This document shows, one piece after another, positions 26,875 through 36,387 of a stretch of 64,000 bases of DNA. Under the pieces are notes generated by a model, which worked only from the letters and a program-made list of their open reading frames with translations, was not told the origin of the DNA and searched no databases. Within the stretch, counting starts at the first letter, position 1. Every line of letters begins with the position of its first letter. This stretch comes from a virus: the IMG/VR virus record IMGVR_UViG_3300008952_000005, positions 64,001 through 128,000 of that record. One strand, 5' to 3'. The position numbers and the translations under genes were made by a program.

Positions 26875-27469
26875 CCTCTTTTTTCATAAGATTTTCAAAT
26901 GACTTGTTAGCGTGATACTTTAAGTTATAAGCGTCTGTAGCTTGTTCAATTGTATAGTTGAACATTTTATTATATTCACCTAATGGCAATCTCAAACCTA
27001 TCCAAGCTCTATAGTAACCGTTCTTTGTTAAGGTTACGTCTTGAGCAAAGATTTCATATCCTCTAACTGGTGTATCTTTAATAATATTGACCAATACAGA
27101 TTCTACTTCACTAACAACTGTCTTACTGTTTGATTTACCAATTTCAGTAATAAATTGTTTTGACTCTTTATTCATCTCCCCTTTGATAATGTCTGCTATT
27201 TCAGCTTTCGCTATCATTTTAGCTTTCTCAATTGCGAGATTTAAGTCTGGTGAAACGCTAGTACCAACTCCAAATATACATTGCTTTTCCTTCTCTTTAC
27301 CGAATCTTGCTATATCACAAGCTTCCTTTTCAGAAAAATCAGCCATATACCATTTTGGAACAGTATTAACTACTTTACCTTTTTCACTTTTGATTTTATA
27401 ATTAGCAGCACAATTAGTCAATAATAGACCTAGTACTGTAACTGATAAAATCTTAATGTATTTGTTCAT
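26846..27469 (-). CDS. LPP20-family-like lipoprotein
   Basis: Lipobox LTNC; VPKWY, G.SVSPDL.LA..KA...AKA..AD. Confidence 0.7.
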   Translation of the reverse strand: MNKYIKILSVTVLGLLLTNCAANYKIKSEKGKVVNTVPKWYMADFSEKEACDIARFGKEKEKQCIFGVGTSVSPDLNLAIEKAKMIAKAEIADIIKGEMNKESKQFITEIGKSNSKTVVSEVESVLVNIIKDTPVRGYEIFAQDVTLTKNGYYRAWIGLRLPLGEYNKMFNYTIEQATDAYNLKYHANKSFENLMKKEDDNDKEVSN

Positions 27470-27612
27470 TAGTTTTTCACACTCCTTTGTACATTATATA
27501 ACAGTTCTTGCAATAAGTCAATGCTAGATTGAGCATAACCCAAAAATTCTGTAGCACTTACTCCATATACAATAACTAATAGGAGAGCAATTATGATTAT
27601 ATTTTTAATCAT
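27469..27612 (-). CDS. Small membrane protein (47 aa, MIKNIIIIALLLVIVYG...)
   Basis: Hand translation; coupled on both sides. Confidence 0.6.
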   Translation of the reverse strand: MIKNIIIIALLLVIVYGVSATEFLGYAQSSIDLLQELLYNVQRSVKN

Positions 27613-28112
27613 TATTTTACCTTCCATTCTCCGTACTCATCTAAACACACTTTTCCGTACGATTTAAAAGCGTGATTCTTACGACTATAATATCTGCAAT
27701 ACTCTGGTGTAGCAGTATTACGGTAGTAAAACTGGGCAAAAAGTTCCCAATAAGAAGGTGTATCTATACCACTACTTCCATCGGAACAATATAATTTCTC
27801 TTCTTTGGATATATTTCCATTTGACTCTTGTTTAATAATAACTTTTATATAACAAAATTGTTCAGTATCATTTTTAGTTACTGGTTTAACATTATCATAT
27901 AATATCTTTTGAGAACCATCTACAACTTTTGTACTACGTTGTATAGTTCCATCTGGATTATGCCACTCTATTTCCATTACTTCAGCAGTTTTTTCAAATT
28001 CTTTTTTATTTAAATCACAATCAACACACGCTTGAGCACCACTTACTGCATAAGCACACATTAATAATATTATTAATATTGTTGTTGCTAAAATTTTATC
28101 TATATTCCACAT
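27612..28112 (-). CDS. Hypothetical exported Cys-containing protein
   Basis: Likely start MWNIDK; signal peptide; C-terminal half with several Cys and a YWELFAQFYY motif. Confidence 0.65.
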   Translation of the reverse strand: MWNIDKILATTILIILLMCAYAVSGAQACVDCDLNKKEFEKTAEVMEIEWHNPDGTIQRSTKVVDGSQKILYDNVKPVTKNDTEQFCYIKVIIKQESNGNISKEEKLYCSDGSSGIDTPSYWELFAQFYYRNTATPEYCRYYSRKNHAFKSYGKVCLDEYGEWKVK

Positions 28113-28606
28113 TAATTTTGTACCAATCCTTCTGGTTTTTCTATCCATCTGCCATCTGGCAACTGACAAGCAGTTCCAAAAATAACTTCTCTATTAACTC
28201 TACCAATTCCAATCATTGGCCAACCTGATGTTATATCTACTGTATGGTCATAATTTTTACATATTATTGGTCCAATCATATATGACCTTGTTATGTGTAT
28301 AATTCCTCCATTGCCTGATTGTGAATTATACCAATTTGTATAAGATGAACCGTGTCCACTTGTATTTAAATGGTCTACAAAAACAGCATTATGTACATCT
28401 TTATCACTTTTATATAAAATTTCTGCACCAGCAAAAGCAGAACCAACAGCACACGTTGCTATCAAATAAGGATTATCTCCTATATACTGTAAGCATATTG
28501 TTGTTCCTGTTGTTGCACCTAACACGGCACCTGTATGTGACCTGTTAGCACAATTTGTTAGTAATATACTAACTAGTAAAATCCATATTATTCTTGCGTA
28601 TCTCAT
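28112..28606 (-). CDS. Glycine-zipper outer-membrane lipoprotein (17-kDa antigen / RT0821-like)
   Basis: Lipobox LTNC; GAVLGA.TG...GA.AGAEI; W.N..SG..G; GTAC..PDG.W. Confidence 0.75.
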   Translation of the reverse strand: MRYARIIWILLVSILLTNCANRSHTGAVLGATTGTTICLQYIGDNPYLIATCAVGSAFAGAEILYKSDKDVHNAVFVDHLNTSGHGSSYTNWYNSQSGNGGIIHITRSYMIGPIICKNYDHTVDITSGWPMIGIGRVNREVIFGTACQLPDGRWIEKPEGLVQN

Positions 28607-28778
28607 CACATATTTTCTGACTATTAACACTCTTTACAATGTAATAATCTTCGTTATTATCAATTACATAATTATTAAAACCTTTTTGCTGCCAGAACGT
28701 TTGAGCTCTAGCAGTAATAGGTCTGAAATAATGTGTACCATCATTGGCACTTGTACAAACAAAATCTCCTGTACTCAT
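28569..28778 (-). CDS. Small hypothetical protein
   Basis: 69 aa ORF in a packed array. Confidence 0.55.
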   Translation of the reverse strand: MSTGDFVCTSANDGTHYFRPITARAQTFWQQKGFNNYVIDNNEDYYIVKSVNSQKICDEIRKNNMDFTS

Positions 28779-28993
28779 TAATTACTCCAGTTAAACATTT
28801 TTTTAAATTTCGCAATAGTACTAGCAATTTGGTCTTTACCTTCTTGCCATTTAACTTTTTGGAAATCTACCGTAGATTGCTTCTCATTAGCAAACCACGT
28901 ATTTACTGCATTAATTTTATCTTCAACCATTGTACCTGCGTTAGCAGAAGTTGACAGCATAATTAATACTAGTATTGACATCAAAGTTTTCAT
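28778..28993 (-). CDS. Small exported protein
   Basis: Signal peptide MKTLMSILVLIMLSTSANA; SD AAGGAG. Confidence 0.65.
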   Translation of the reverse strand: MKTLMSILVLIMLSTSANAGTMVEDKINAVNTWFANEKQSTVDFQKVKWQEGKDQIASTIAKFKKMFNWSN

Positions 28994-29006
28994 AATATTC
29001 TCCTTA

Positions 29007-29315
29007 TTAATGTATACTCGCTTTTTTAAACGGTTCTATCTTATCTTTTGATTGATAAACCGTGTCCATTATTCCGTCATAATCTGCACTAGGCATTACT
29101 GACTTCATAATTTTTAATGTTTGACCCAAAATTGTCATATGTACCATAATAGGATCATTAACTTTTTCAGTTTCTAATCTCACCCATTCGTGAAAATCAT
29201 CACAAACAGTTTGTTGTGGGTCAAAAATTTCTTTAATTGTTGGTTTTGGCATATTATCTTTTATAGTTTCTATTCTTTCTTCTACTTCTATAATATGAAT
29301 CTTCTCCTCCGTCAT
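29007..29315 (-). CDS. Hypothetical protein
   Basis: Likely start MTEEK. Confidence 0.55.
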   Translation of the reverse strand: MTEEKIHIIEVEERIETIKDNMPKPTIKEIFDPQQTVCDDFHEWVRLETEKVNDPIMVHMTILGQTLKIMKSVMPSADYDGIMDTVYQSKDKIEPFKKASIH

Positions 29316-29631
29316 CTTCTCCTTCGGATTCAGAAGTTTCAAAAGCCATTTGTTCAGCATAAGTTCTGCCGAATACTCTTTTATAGAAATGGTCTCTTGG
29401 ATTTTCAGAAGAATAAGCAGTTATTAAACTGTCCCACTTAATATTTACATCATATAGTCCTGGGTCTTTCTCGTTCAGTTCTTTATGGTCTTTACAAAAC
29501 TGCAATCTATTTGTATGGATATCGTTCTCTTTTTCTTCGTCTGTTTTCTTGTCTGATAGTTCAATGTCTTTTTGTTTTGCAACATTAAACTCTTTGTAGA
29601 TGTTCTCTTTATTATATATTACACTACTCAT
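29254..29631 (-). CDS. Hypothetical protein
   Basis: Likely start MSSVIY with SD AAAGGA, downstream of a promoter. Confidence 0.6.
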   Translation of the reverse strand: MSSVIYNKENIYKEFNVAKQKDIELSDKKTDEEKENDIHTNRLQFCKDHKELNEKDPGLYDVNIKWDSLITAYSSENPRDHFYKRVFGRTYAEQMAFETSESEGEDDGGEDSYYRSRRKNRNYKR

Positions 29632-29659
29632 AATGTATGTTCCTTTCTCAATTGTCTTA

Positions 29660-29688
29660 ATATTAACATAAATCGTTGCTAATGTCAA
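29660..29688 (-). promoter_or_regulatory. Early sigma70-like promoter TTGACA-17-TAATAT
   Basis: Perfect -35 with a 17-nt spacer. Confidence 0.65.
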
Positions 29689-29792
29689 TCCTTAAATTAT
29701 GCTCTATTTTACTCGTTTTCCTGCATTTCCGAACCCCTAGCAAGGGCGCTGGTGAGCTTTTCCAACTACTTTGATAGTCTGCTATAGCGGGA

Positions 29793-29963
29793 TTATTCAT
29801 TTTTTTCATCATTTATCTTATCTATTTTATTCATTAGTCTTTTAGTTCTACCCAATAATCTATCAATTAACGTACTCATTTCATTTGATAAAATTATCAT
29901 ATAAACTAAACCTGCCATTGAAAAAATAAACAGGATTAACAATATCATTCCGTTTCCGTCCAT
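29793..29963 (-). CDS. Small membrane protein (56 aa, MDGNGMILLILF...)
   Basis: Hand translation; SD AAGGA; one TM. Confidence 0.55.
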   Translation of the reverse strand: MDGNGMILLILFIFSMAGLVYMIILSNEMSTLIDRLLGRTKRLMNKIDKINDEKNE

Positions 29964-29964
29964 A

Positions 29965-30432
29965 TTATTTTCCTTTACTCATTTCATTTTCTAGTTCTAA
30001 CATAGTGTCTATATCAGACTCTTCTTTAGTTCCATAAAGTTCTTTTTCTTCAACTTCTTTTAGTTGATTTAAGCTATCTTTAGCGGTATCTAAATCATTA
30101 TCATCAATATTATCAATTATTGAATTAATAGTATCAACTTTATTTGTCATACCATTAATGTATAGTTCGTTTTCATTTAATAATGTCATATATTTTTTAC
30201 CTCCTATTCTTTTTGTCAAATCATATTTTAATATATGCTGTCTTACTTTCTCTCTTCTTTCTGTATCACTTAAATACTCAACTGGTTTCCAATCTTTACC
30301 GTAAATGGTTATATTCATATCATCTACATCATAATAGAATATCAGTTTATCGTATATAATTTTATTACTTACCATATATTTGCTGTTAAAATTAAAATAA
30401 TCATTGTTGGCACAACTATTGTCATTGGCCAA
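29965..30432 (-). CDS. Hypothetical protein
   Basis: 155 aa ORF; start uncertain. Confidence 0.55.
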   Translation of the reverse strand: MANDNSCANNDYFNFNSKYMVSNKIIYDKLIFYYDVDDMNITIYGKDWKPVEYLSDTERREKVRQHILKYDLTKRIGGKKYMTLLNENELYINGMTNKVDTINSIIDNIDDNDLDTAKDSLNQLKEVEEKELYGTKEESDIDTMLELENEMSKGK

Positions 30433-30472
30433 AAATCTAATAATTCTAATATAAGTTTTTTTGTTTTCTTTT

Positions 30473-30799
30473 TCATTTTGTAACTGATAATTCTTTTATT
30501 GTTTGTTGTATTTCTTCCATATTAGGTTCCATTAAAGTGGATCCGTTTTCTTCACTATTGATTAATAAAACAATATAGTGTATTGCTTTATATAAATCTA
30601 ATTTGTTTCTACCGTTTTTTTTACCGTATCTCATAAGGTATTTTATTGCATTTGATAAACTGAAATCTTTGTCTATATCTAAATGTCTTAATATGTCTTG
30701 TACTTGGAAACCTTCTTTAGTAGTTGAATAATGTTTAGAATAAGTTGTCTTAATATATTCTAATACTTCATTTAATATTTTATCTTCTTTATATTTCAT
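30473..30799 (-). CDS. DUF3310-like protein (nucleotide kinase/hydrolase-associated)
   Basis: TY..HY, F...NAIKYL.RYGKKNG....DL.KA.HY. Confidence 0.75.
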   Translation of the reverse strand: MKYKEDKILNEVLEYIKTTYSKHYSTTKEGFQVQDILRHLDIDKDFSLSNAIKYLMRYGKKNGRNKLDLYKAIHYIVLLINSEENGSTLMEPNMEEIQQTIKELSVTK

Positions 30800-30963
30800 T
30801 AGTCCGTATCTCCGTTATTTAAATCTCTTAATGATTTTTGAACACTTGTTAATTCTTCTTTTGGTTTATTAGATTTACTTCCGTAATATAAAGCAACAGC
30901 AAATCCAATTACTGTTAAAATAATTCCGATAAACATAAGTCCAAATCCGTGTGCTAAATCCAT
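30799..30963 (-). CDS. Small membrane protein (54 aa, MDLAHGFGL...)
   Basis: Hand translation; coupled on both sides. Confidence 0.6.
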   Translation of the reverse strand: MDLAHGFGLMFIGIILTVIGFAVALYYGSKSNKPKEELTSVQKSLRDLNNGDTD

Positions 30964-31412
30964 TATTTACTCTCTACTAGTTTATAACTGTTATTAGGGT
31001 TTAATGCTTCGTGTAAATCATCAAGTGGTGATTCTTCTTTATCAACAACTTTACCGTCTGCTGTGACTATATCATTTTCTAAAGCGTATGTGTCTAACTC
31101 AACATCACCGTTTTCTATAGCATTTTCTAAACCGTCATAGTCATCATAAACAACTTTTGCAACATATTCAGTTTTATCTGAATCTGTATAGTTGGCGTCT
31201 GTCATATAGGTTTCAACACCGTTTTTTTCTTCTGCTATATCTTTAGTAATTTTACTATAATCAATTCCGCAATCACTTAATTTAGTGTCTGCTTCTTCTT
31301 GATTTTTAGCAAGACAATCTTGTTCTATGCATAAAGTATAATAAGTTTTCTTTCTGTATAGGTTTTTACCGATATCGTCTTTTCCGATATATTGGTCTGT
31401 TATATTACTCAT
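30963..31412 (-). CDS. Acidic hypothetical protein
   Basis: 149 aa, D/E-rich. Confidence 0.65.
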   Translation of the reverse strand: MSNITDQYIGKDDIGKNLYRKKTYYTLCIEQDCLAKNQEEADTKLSDCGIDYSKITKDIAEEKNGVETYMTDANYTDSDKTEYVAKVVYDDYDGLENAIENGDVELDTYALENDIVTADGKVVDKEESPLDDLHEALNPNNSYKLVESK

Positions 31413-31648
31413 ATTGTACCGTCCTCTCTCATTTTTTGTACTTCGTTTTGTCTTTCAGCAATAACAAGGTCAATCCACTCTTCTGCGTCATCTGAAGAAT
31501 CAATTCCTTCCATTGCAATGTTATAATTTGTTTCAGTAAGTTTTTTTAAAGCAACGTCTTTAGTCATTTCACCTTCTAATAACTTGCTTTCAATCTTACT
31601 TAAAAATTCAGTTGCTTGGTCCCAAGCGAGATTTTTAGTTGCACTCAT
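31409..31648 (-). CDS. Small hypothetical protein
   Basis: 79 aa, coupled. Confidence 0.6.
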   Translation of the reverse strand: MSATKNLAWDQATEFLSKIESKLLEGEMTKDVALKKLTETNYNIAMEGIDSSDDAEEWIDLVIAERQNEVQKMREDGTI

Positions 31649-32103
31649 TAGTTTAGTCCTTTCATTTGTTCTACTTTTCTTTTATTAGGGTTTAATTTAT
31701 ATGTTAATTCTTTATTAAAATCTTTTCTGAAAGATTGTCTGTCATAAGATTGACCGTAATCATTAAACATATTCATATCATCTTTAGCAGTATCACCGAA
31801 TACTTGTTCGTATGTTTTATAATATTCATCTTGGTCTATCAATTCAACTTTAGTTACGTTTTGAAAGTTAACAGCAGGTTCTTTATAATTCCAATCACAA
31901 AATTTAAGAATTTTCATCTTCATAGATTTTGTATTGAATTTGTCTTTGAATTTATATGGAACGTTTCTATAGATAGTTTCATATGCATAAAAGAATTCTT
32001 GGTCATCTGGATCAATATATTCTCTTAAATAAACTACATTAAAAGTATAGTCAACGTCATTTAATTTTACTTGTTTTGATTTATTCATAGTGTTTGTTTT
32101 CAT
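31648..32103 (-). CDS. Hypothetical early protein
   Basis: First ORF after a consensus promoter. Confidence 0.65.
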   Translation of the reverse strand: MKTNTMNKSKQVKLNDVDYTFNVVYLREYIDPDDQEFFYAYETIYRNVPYKFKDKFNTKSMKMKILKFCDWNYKEPAVNFQNVTKVELIDQDEYYKTYEQVFGDTAKDDMNMFNDYGQSYDRQSFRKDFNKELTYKLNPNKRKVEQMKGLN

Positions 32104-32114
32104 AGTATGTGTAT

Positions 32115-32143
32115 ACTATATCACCGATAATCGGGATTGTCAA
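32115..32143 (-). promoter_or_regulatory. Early sigma70-like promoter TTGACA-17-TATAGT
   Basis: Near-perfect consensus with AT-rich upstream sequence. Confidence 0.85.
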
Positions 32144-32199
32144 GTACTAATTTACGTTGATTTTACTGGGTTTTTAGAGATATTTGTTCTTGTTTTGTT

Positions 32200-32877
32200 C
32201 TAATTCCACAATTCCTTGACCCATTTTTCGTCTGAATCGTGTGGTAAAGGTCTACCGTGAAATACTGCAACTTTAGCTTTTTCTTTCTTTTCAAACTTCC
32301 ACTCACTTTTATGAAATCTAGGGTTTTGTCTACTATGCCATTTATAAGAATATGTCCATTCGTCTGGCATAACTTTTAGGTATTGACTACCTTTAACTAA
32401 TCTGGACATTGCGTTTTGGTCGCCTTGCAATTTCATTAAATCAGTTTTATCTTCTAAAAACTTATTCCATACTAATTTAGTTGCAACTTCATTATTGAAT
32501 TTCATTATACTTGAATTATACTCTTCCGTTTTTATATTGAAATCGTTTATTACACCAAATGTCATATCATCACCAAATGTCGCTAACTCATTAATGTTAT
32601 CTAAAATCACTACATCTAAATCCATATATAAACAAGGTCCAACCAAGTTTGCTTCTTCACTAAACAGTTGCATTTTATTCCACCAACCATCATAATCGTG
32701 AAATCTAAACTTTCTAAACTGTATGTCGCCTTTTAATATCTTTTGAGGTTTTACGTGGTCTGAAAAACATATAAACCTATGGGGTATGGTTAAATGTCTT
32801 TCTACCATATTGTATAGCACTTGTACATAATCTAATGAATACTTTGTTCCATAATATACACAGCAAAAATTCATCAT
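32200..32877 (-). CDS. Glycosyltransferase (GT-A fold, GT8-like)
   Basis: C.YYGTKY...YV..L..MV, WW.K..LF, YMDLD (DXD), NSS.M, GDQ, VFHG.P.P. Confidence 0.8.
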   Translation of the reverse strand: MMNFCCVYYGTKYSLDYVQVLYNMVERHLTIPHRFICFSDHVKPQKILKGDIQFRKFRFHDYDGWWNKMQLFSEEANLVGPCLYMDLDVVILDNINELATFGDDMTFGVINDFNIKTEEYNSSIMKFNNEVATKLVWNKFLEDKTDLMKLQGDQNAMSRLVKGSQYLKVMPDEWTYSYKWHSRQNPRFHKSEWKFEKKEKAKVAVFHGRPLPHDSDEKWVKELWN

Positions 32878-33695
32878 ACGTTTTGTTCTCGTAATGTTCT
32901 ATAAGCAGTTCCATCTGTAATTTCAGATATTGTAAATTGATTTTCTGCAATCATCTTTAACCATTCTGTTATAGTCTTTCGTCCTGGTCTCATTGGTTTG
33001 TTTATAAACTTTATATCTTTTGATGAAACAAATGACGCTATATTTCGTTGATGGCATATTACAGGTACTTGATTTAATATTGAATCAATAGCAGATAAAC
33101 TCATATTGGTTACCAAACAATGAGCATTTTTTAAGTCTTCTTTAATATCTGTATTCCAAAACTCATTACCAGGTCTAGGTTTATTTCTAAATCTAACTGG
33201 TTTATCTGTATGTTCTGCTATCTGTTTTGTTGCTTGTTCAACCCATTGTGATTGGCTCATACCATTGATTTGGTAAGTTACCGTTTCAGAAGAAGGTGCT
33301 ACTAGTATATGAGTTGTTTCTCCAGTATTCCACCCTTTAAACTGTACGTCAATCCCTTGATGCTCTAGTTTCTGTAATCTTGAACCAGGTCCAACTTTGC
33401 ACCTAATCGTGTGTATATTACCTTTACATATTCTAAAATATGTCTTATCGTAATCGTGTATTTTAGGTTCTGGATATCTTGTAATTTGTTGTGTTAAATA
33501 ACCAACATCTACGTACCACCATTCCTCACCACTCTCCATACATTTACGTATTTCTTTTCTATTCTGTCCAGCTAAACCCCAAAAAAAGTGAACAGGTTTA
33601 TCTGTATCAGTCCAACCTTTTTCTATGGCAGGAAATAACTGTTTACTTAAACATTTATCCCAAGGTATATTATGCGTTATTATCATAAGTTTCAA
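32874..33695 (-). CDS. Capsular-polysaccharide-synthesis-like protein (putative GT-B transferase)
   Basis: D.GY, HILVAP, TDKPVRFR.KP, AHCLVT..S..A.D..L..VPV. Confidence 0.6.
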   Translation of the reverse strand: MKLMIITHNIPWDKCLSKQLFPAIEKGWTDTDKPVHFFWGLAGQNRKEIRKCMESGEEWWYVDVGYLTQQITRYPEPKIHDYDKTYFRICKGNIHTIRCKVGPGSRLQKLEHQGIDVQFKGWNTGETTHILVAPSSETVTYQINGMSQSQWVEQATKQIAEHTDKPVRFRNKPRPGNEFWNTDIKEDLKNAHCLVTNMSLSAIDSILNQVPVICHQRNIASFVSSKDIKFINKPMRPGRKTITEWLKMIAENQFTISEITDGTAYRTLREQNV

Positions 33696-34725
33696 ATACT
33701 GTATTCAATGGTTGGTTACATCTAACAAAACTTGCACATTTAGGAATATCTTTTAATCGTCTTGCACCAATATATGTACAACTTGAACGGACACCTCCTA
33801 ATATATCTTCTATCGTTTCTTTAACAGGTCCTCTATCTGGTAATATAACTGCTCGTCCTTCATTACCTCTATAACCATCTTTTCGTTTTCCGTGTACTTC
33901 TCTTGCTCTATCAGAAGACATCCCATAAAACTCTCTTTGTCCATCTTTTAATTCTACTTCACTTTCATTATGTCCTGCTAGCATTCCACCTAACATCACA
34001 AAATGAGCACCACCACCAAATGCTTTCGCAATATCTCCTGGCATATTACAACCACCATCTGCAACTATATGACCACCAACACCATTAGCAGCGTCAGCAC
34101 ACTCTACTACTGCACTAAATTGAGGTACCCCTACACCTGCCATTGTTCTTGTTGTACATACACTACCTGGTCCAATACCTACTTTAACTACGTCTGCACC
34201 TTGTATAATTAGTTCTTCGGTCATTTCAGCAGTTACTACATTACCTGCAATTATAGTTTTGTCTGGATACTCTTCTCTAACTGCACCAACAAAATCTGAA
34301 AAATTTGTATGGTAACCATTTGCAACATCTACTGTAATAAACTTAACATCTGGAAAACTCTTTAATACTTCTTGCATTGTAGTATAATCTTCAGCATTAT
34401 CATCCCATAATTTACCTGTACCTGTACATACTGATAGATACTTTAATTTAATACCTTCACCTACTGCTTTTCTCCATTGTTCTATCGTTGTTGTCTTTGT
34501 AATCGTGGTTAACATCTTATACTCTTGTATAACTTTCGCCATACTAAATGTTCCCACTCCATCCATATTACTTGCTATTATTGGACAACACTCATATGTT
34601 TCACCAGAATTTCTAAATGTAAATGACCTAGTCATTTCTACATCACGTCTTGATGATAATGTTGACCGTTTAGGTTTCAACAATACGTCTTTATAATCTA
34701 ATTTTACTTCGTTATCTAATCTCAT
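33670..34725 (-). CDS. guaC: GMP reductase
   Basis: LDYKDVLLKPKRSTLSSR, PIIASNMDGVGT, DVANGY, KVGIGPGSVCTTR, FYGMSS, EGR, GG.RS.CTY.GA. Confidence 0.95.
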   Translation of the reverse strand: MRLDNEVKLDYKDVLLKPKRSTLSSRRDVEMTRSFTFRNSGETYECCPIIASNMDGVGTFSMAKVIQEYKMLTTITKTTTIEQWRKAVGEGIKLKYLSVCTGTGKLWDDNAEDYTTMQEVLKSFPDVKFITVDVANGYHTNFSDFVGAVREEYPDKTIIAGNVVTAEMTEELIIQGADVVKVGIGPGSVCTTRTMAGVGVPQFSAVVECADAANGVGGHIVADGGCNMPGDIAKAFGGGAHFVMLGGMLAGHNESEVELKDGQREFYGMSSDRAREVHGKRKDGYRGNEGRAVILPDRGPVKETIEDILGGVRSSCTYIGARRLKDIPKCASFVRCNQPLNTVFETYDNNA

Positions 34726-35474
34726 TGTACTTTTCTCCAAGCTGTTCCATTTTTTATTTCTGTCATAGTAAATTGATTTGCTAATAAACTATGTATCCAT
34801 TTTAATCTAGCAGGTTTTATAGGTTGTTCTATTTTACTAAAATCGGTTAACCCCATTGGTACTCCCATATTCATTTTATCACAAAATACAGGTACCCCAT
34901 TTAAAACAGCGTCAACTACAACTGCTGAATTATGAGATACTATAGCATATGCACTTTGTACTTCTTCTCTTAAAGGTTTACTACTTTTTTTATCTCTTAC
35001 TTTAATAGGTCTATCTGTATATTGTTTTAAAGTCTTTATAGTATCATCAACCCAACTACCTATATTATGATATGCTATTTGAAAATGAGAAGGTGCTATA
35101 ATTAAGATATAATTGCCATCACTTTTCCAAGGTTGTAATTTTATATACTGTTTATACTTTTTAATTCTTTCATTATCTTCATCTGTTAGTTCTTGTATAG
35201 TTTGTATATGATAATGATTTTTTGTTAATCTATATATTCTCTCACCAGTTACCTTTGATGGAGAGTGTCTATTACCATATAAGTAAGCGTGGTCAAAATA
35301 ATAAAACTCTTTACTTTGTTTTAAAAGTTCGCCTGTGCCTCTTAATATTCCAAAACAAGTAATAGGTTTATCTATATCAACATCTTTAACATTATGTAAT
35401 GTTCCTCCTGCACTTGAAACAAAATGTCTTACAATATCATCTGTTGCTGGTCTAGTTAATAATCCTTGTATCAT
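34722..35474 (-). CDS. Capsular-polysaccharide-synthesis-like protein (putative GT-B transferase)
   Basis: D.AY, YILIIAPS, TDRPIKVR.K, A.AIVSHNS...VDAVLNGVPV. Confidence 0.6.
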   Translation of the reverse strand: MIQGLLTRPATDDIVRHFVSSAGGTLHNVKDVDIDKPITCFGILRGTGELLKQSKEFYYFDHAYLYGNRHSPSKVTGERIYRLTKNHYHIQTIQELTDEDNERIKKYKQYIKLQPWKSDGNYILIIAPSHFQIAYHNIGSWVDDTIKTLKQYTDRPIKVRDKKSSKPLREEVQSAYAIVSHNSAVVVDAVLNGVPVFCDKMNMGVPMGLTDFSKIEQPIKPARLKWIHSLLANQFTMTEIKNGTAWRKVQ

Positions 35475-36148
35475 TTAACCATATTTGTTTCAGTTGTTTC
35501 TTCCTTTAATTTTAACCATTCTTCTGCATAATCACAATTTAAATAATCTACAAACCAAGGTCCTCCTTCTGTAAAATGGACGTTCTTAACATCATCTTTC
35601 TTTTGATATTCTCCACTTAACCAATTCCACTCTAAAGGTAATTCTCCTATCAAACTATCATTTTCTAACCATTTAAATTGGTGTAGTTGTAATCCTGTTG
35701 CACTATTCACATAATCTGGTGTTAACGCTGTACACTTATCACAATTCATCAACATAAAACTTGACCAGTTTTTCTTTTCATATTTTGTTTGTGGTTGACC
35801 TAAAAACTTCTTTGTCTTTCTTGGTACATAATCGTGCTTACACACTTGTACAGCATAACGTTCATCCCTTAATCTCCATAACTCAGCAATATCTGTTAAC
35901 ATTAACTGGTCACAATCCATAAACAATGCCCACCCCTTATAATTCATAAGGTGAGGTACTATAAATCTACTAAAACTAAATTCAGTTGATTCTATATTAC
36001 TACGTTCTCTAGTAAAATTATCTTTTATATTTTTTAAATATATTGGTGTAATAGATACAGGTCTGGTACTATGTTTTAATATACTATATGCAAGTACATT
36101 AAAAGCAACCTTCTCTTTACTATCATACCCAATAAAAATATTAATCAT
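35471..36148 (-). CDS. Glycosyltransferase family 8-like
   Basis: IFIGYD.KE, STEFSFSRF.VP, FMDCD, KKNWSS.ML.NC, LP.EWNWL, HFT.GGPW. Confidence 0.88.
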   Translation of the reverse strand: MINIFIGYDSKEKVAFNVLAYSILKHSTRPVSITPIYLKNIKDNFTRERSNIESTEFSFSRFIVPHLMNYKGWALFMDCDQLMLTDIAELWRLRDERYAVQVCKHDYVPRKTKKFLGQPQTKYEKKNWSSFMLMNCDKCTALTPDYVNSATGLQLHQFKWLENDSLIGELPLEWNWLSGEYQKKDDVKNVHFTEGGPWFVDYLNCDYAEEWLKLKEETTETNMVK

Positions 36149-36150
36149 TA

Positions 36151-36387
36151 CTATTTCGTTTTTATAGGTATTCTTATATTTTTACGCAACGCTCTTACTA
36201 ACTCACCTAACTTATCAATAATCGCTATCGCATTCTCATCCGTAATATAATGTGTTTGCTCTTTAAGTTCATCATATTCTCTTAAAGGAATCGTAACAGT
36301 TCTATTAAGTTGAGTTTCGTTTTCATATGTCAAGTTATGAGCATTGTCTTGTTCATCTACGCCGTTTGTCATCTGTTTCTTCTCCAT
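36151..36387 (-). CDS. Small hypothetical protein
   Basis: 78 aa ORF. Confidence 0.5.
   Translation of the reverse strand: MEKKQMTNGVDEQDNAHNLTYENETQLNRTVTIPLREYDELKEQTHYITDENAIAIIDKLGELVRALRKNIRIPIKTK

Noticed and set aside
29662-29800. GC-richer stretch, possible ORF (MNNPAIADYQSSWKSS...) or ncRNA
   Set aside because: It overlaps the promoter at 29660-29688 and shows no recognisable motif or RNA family; too weak to call
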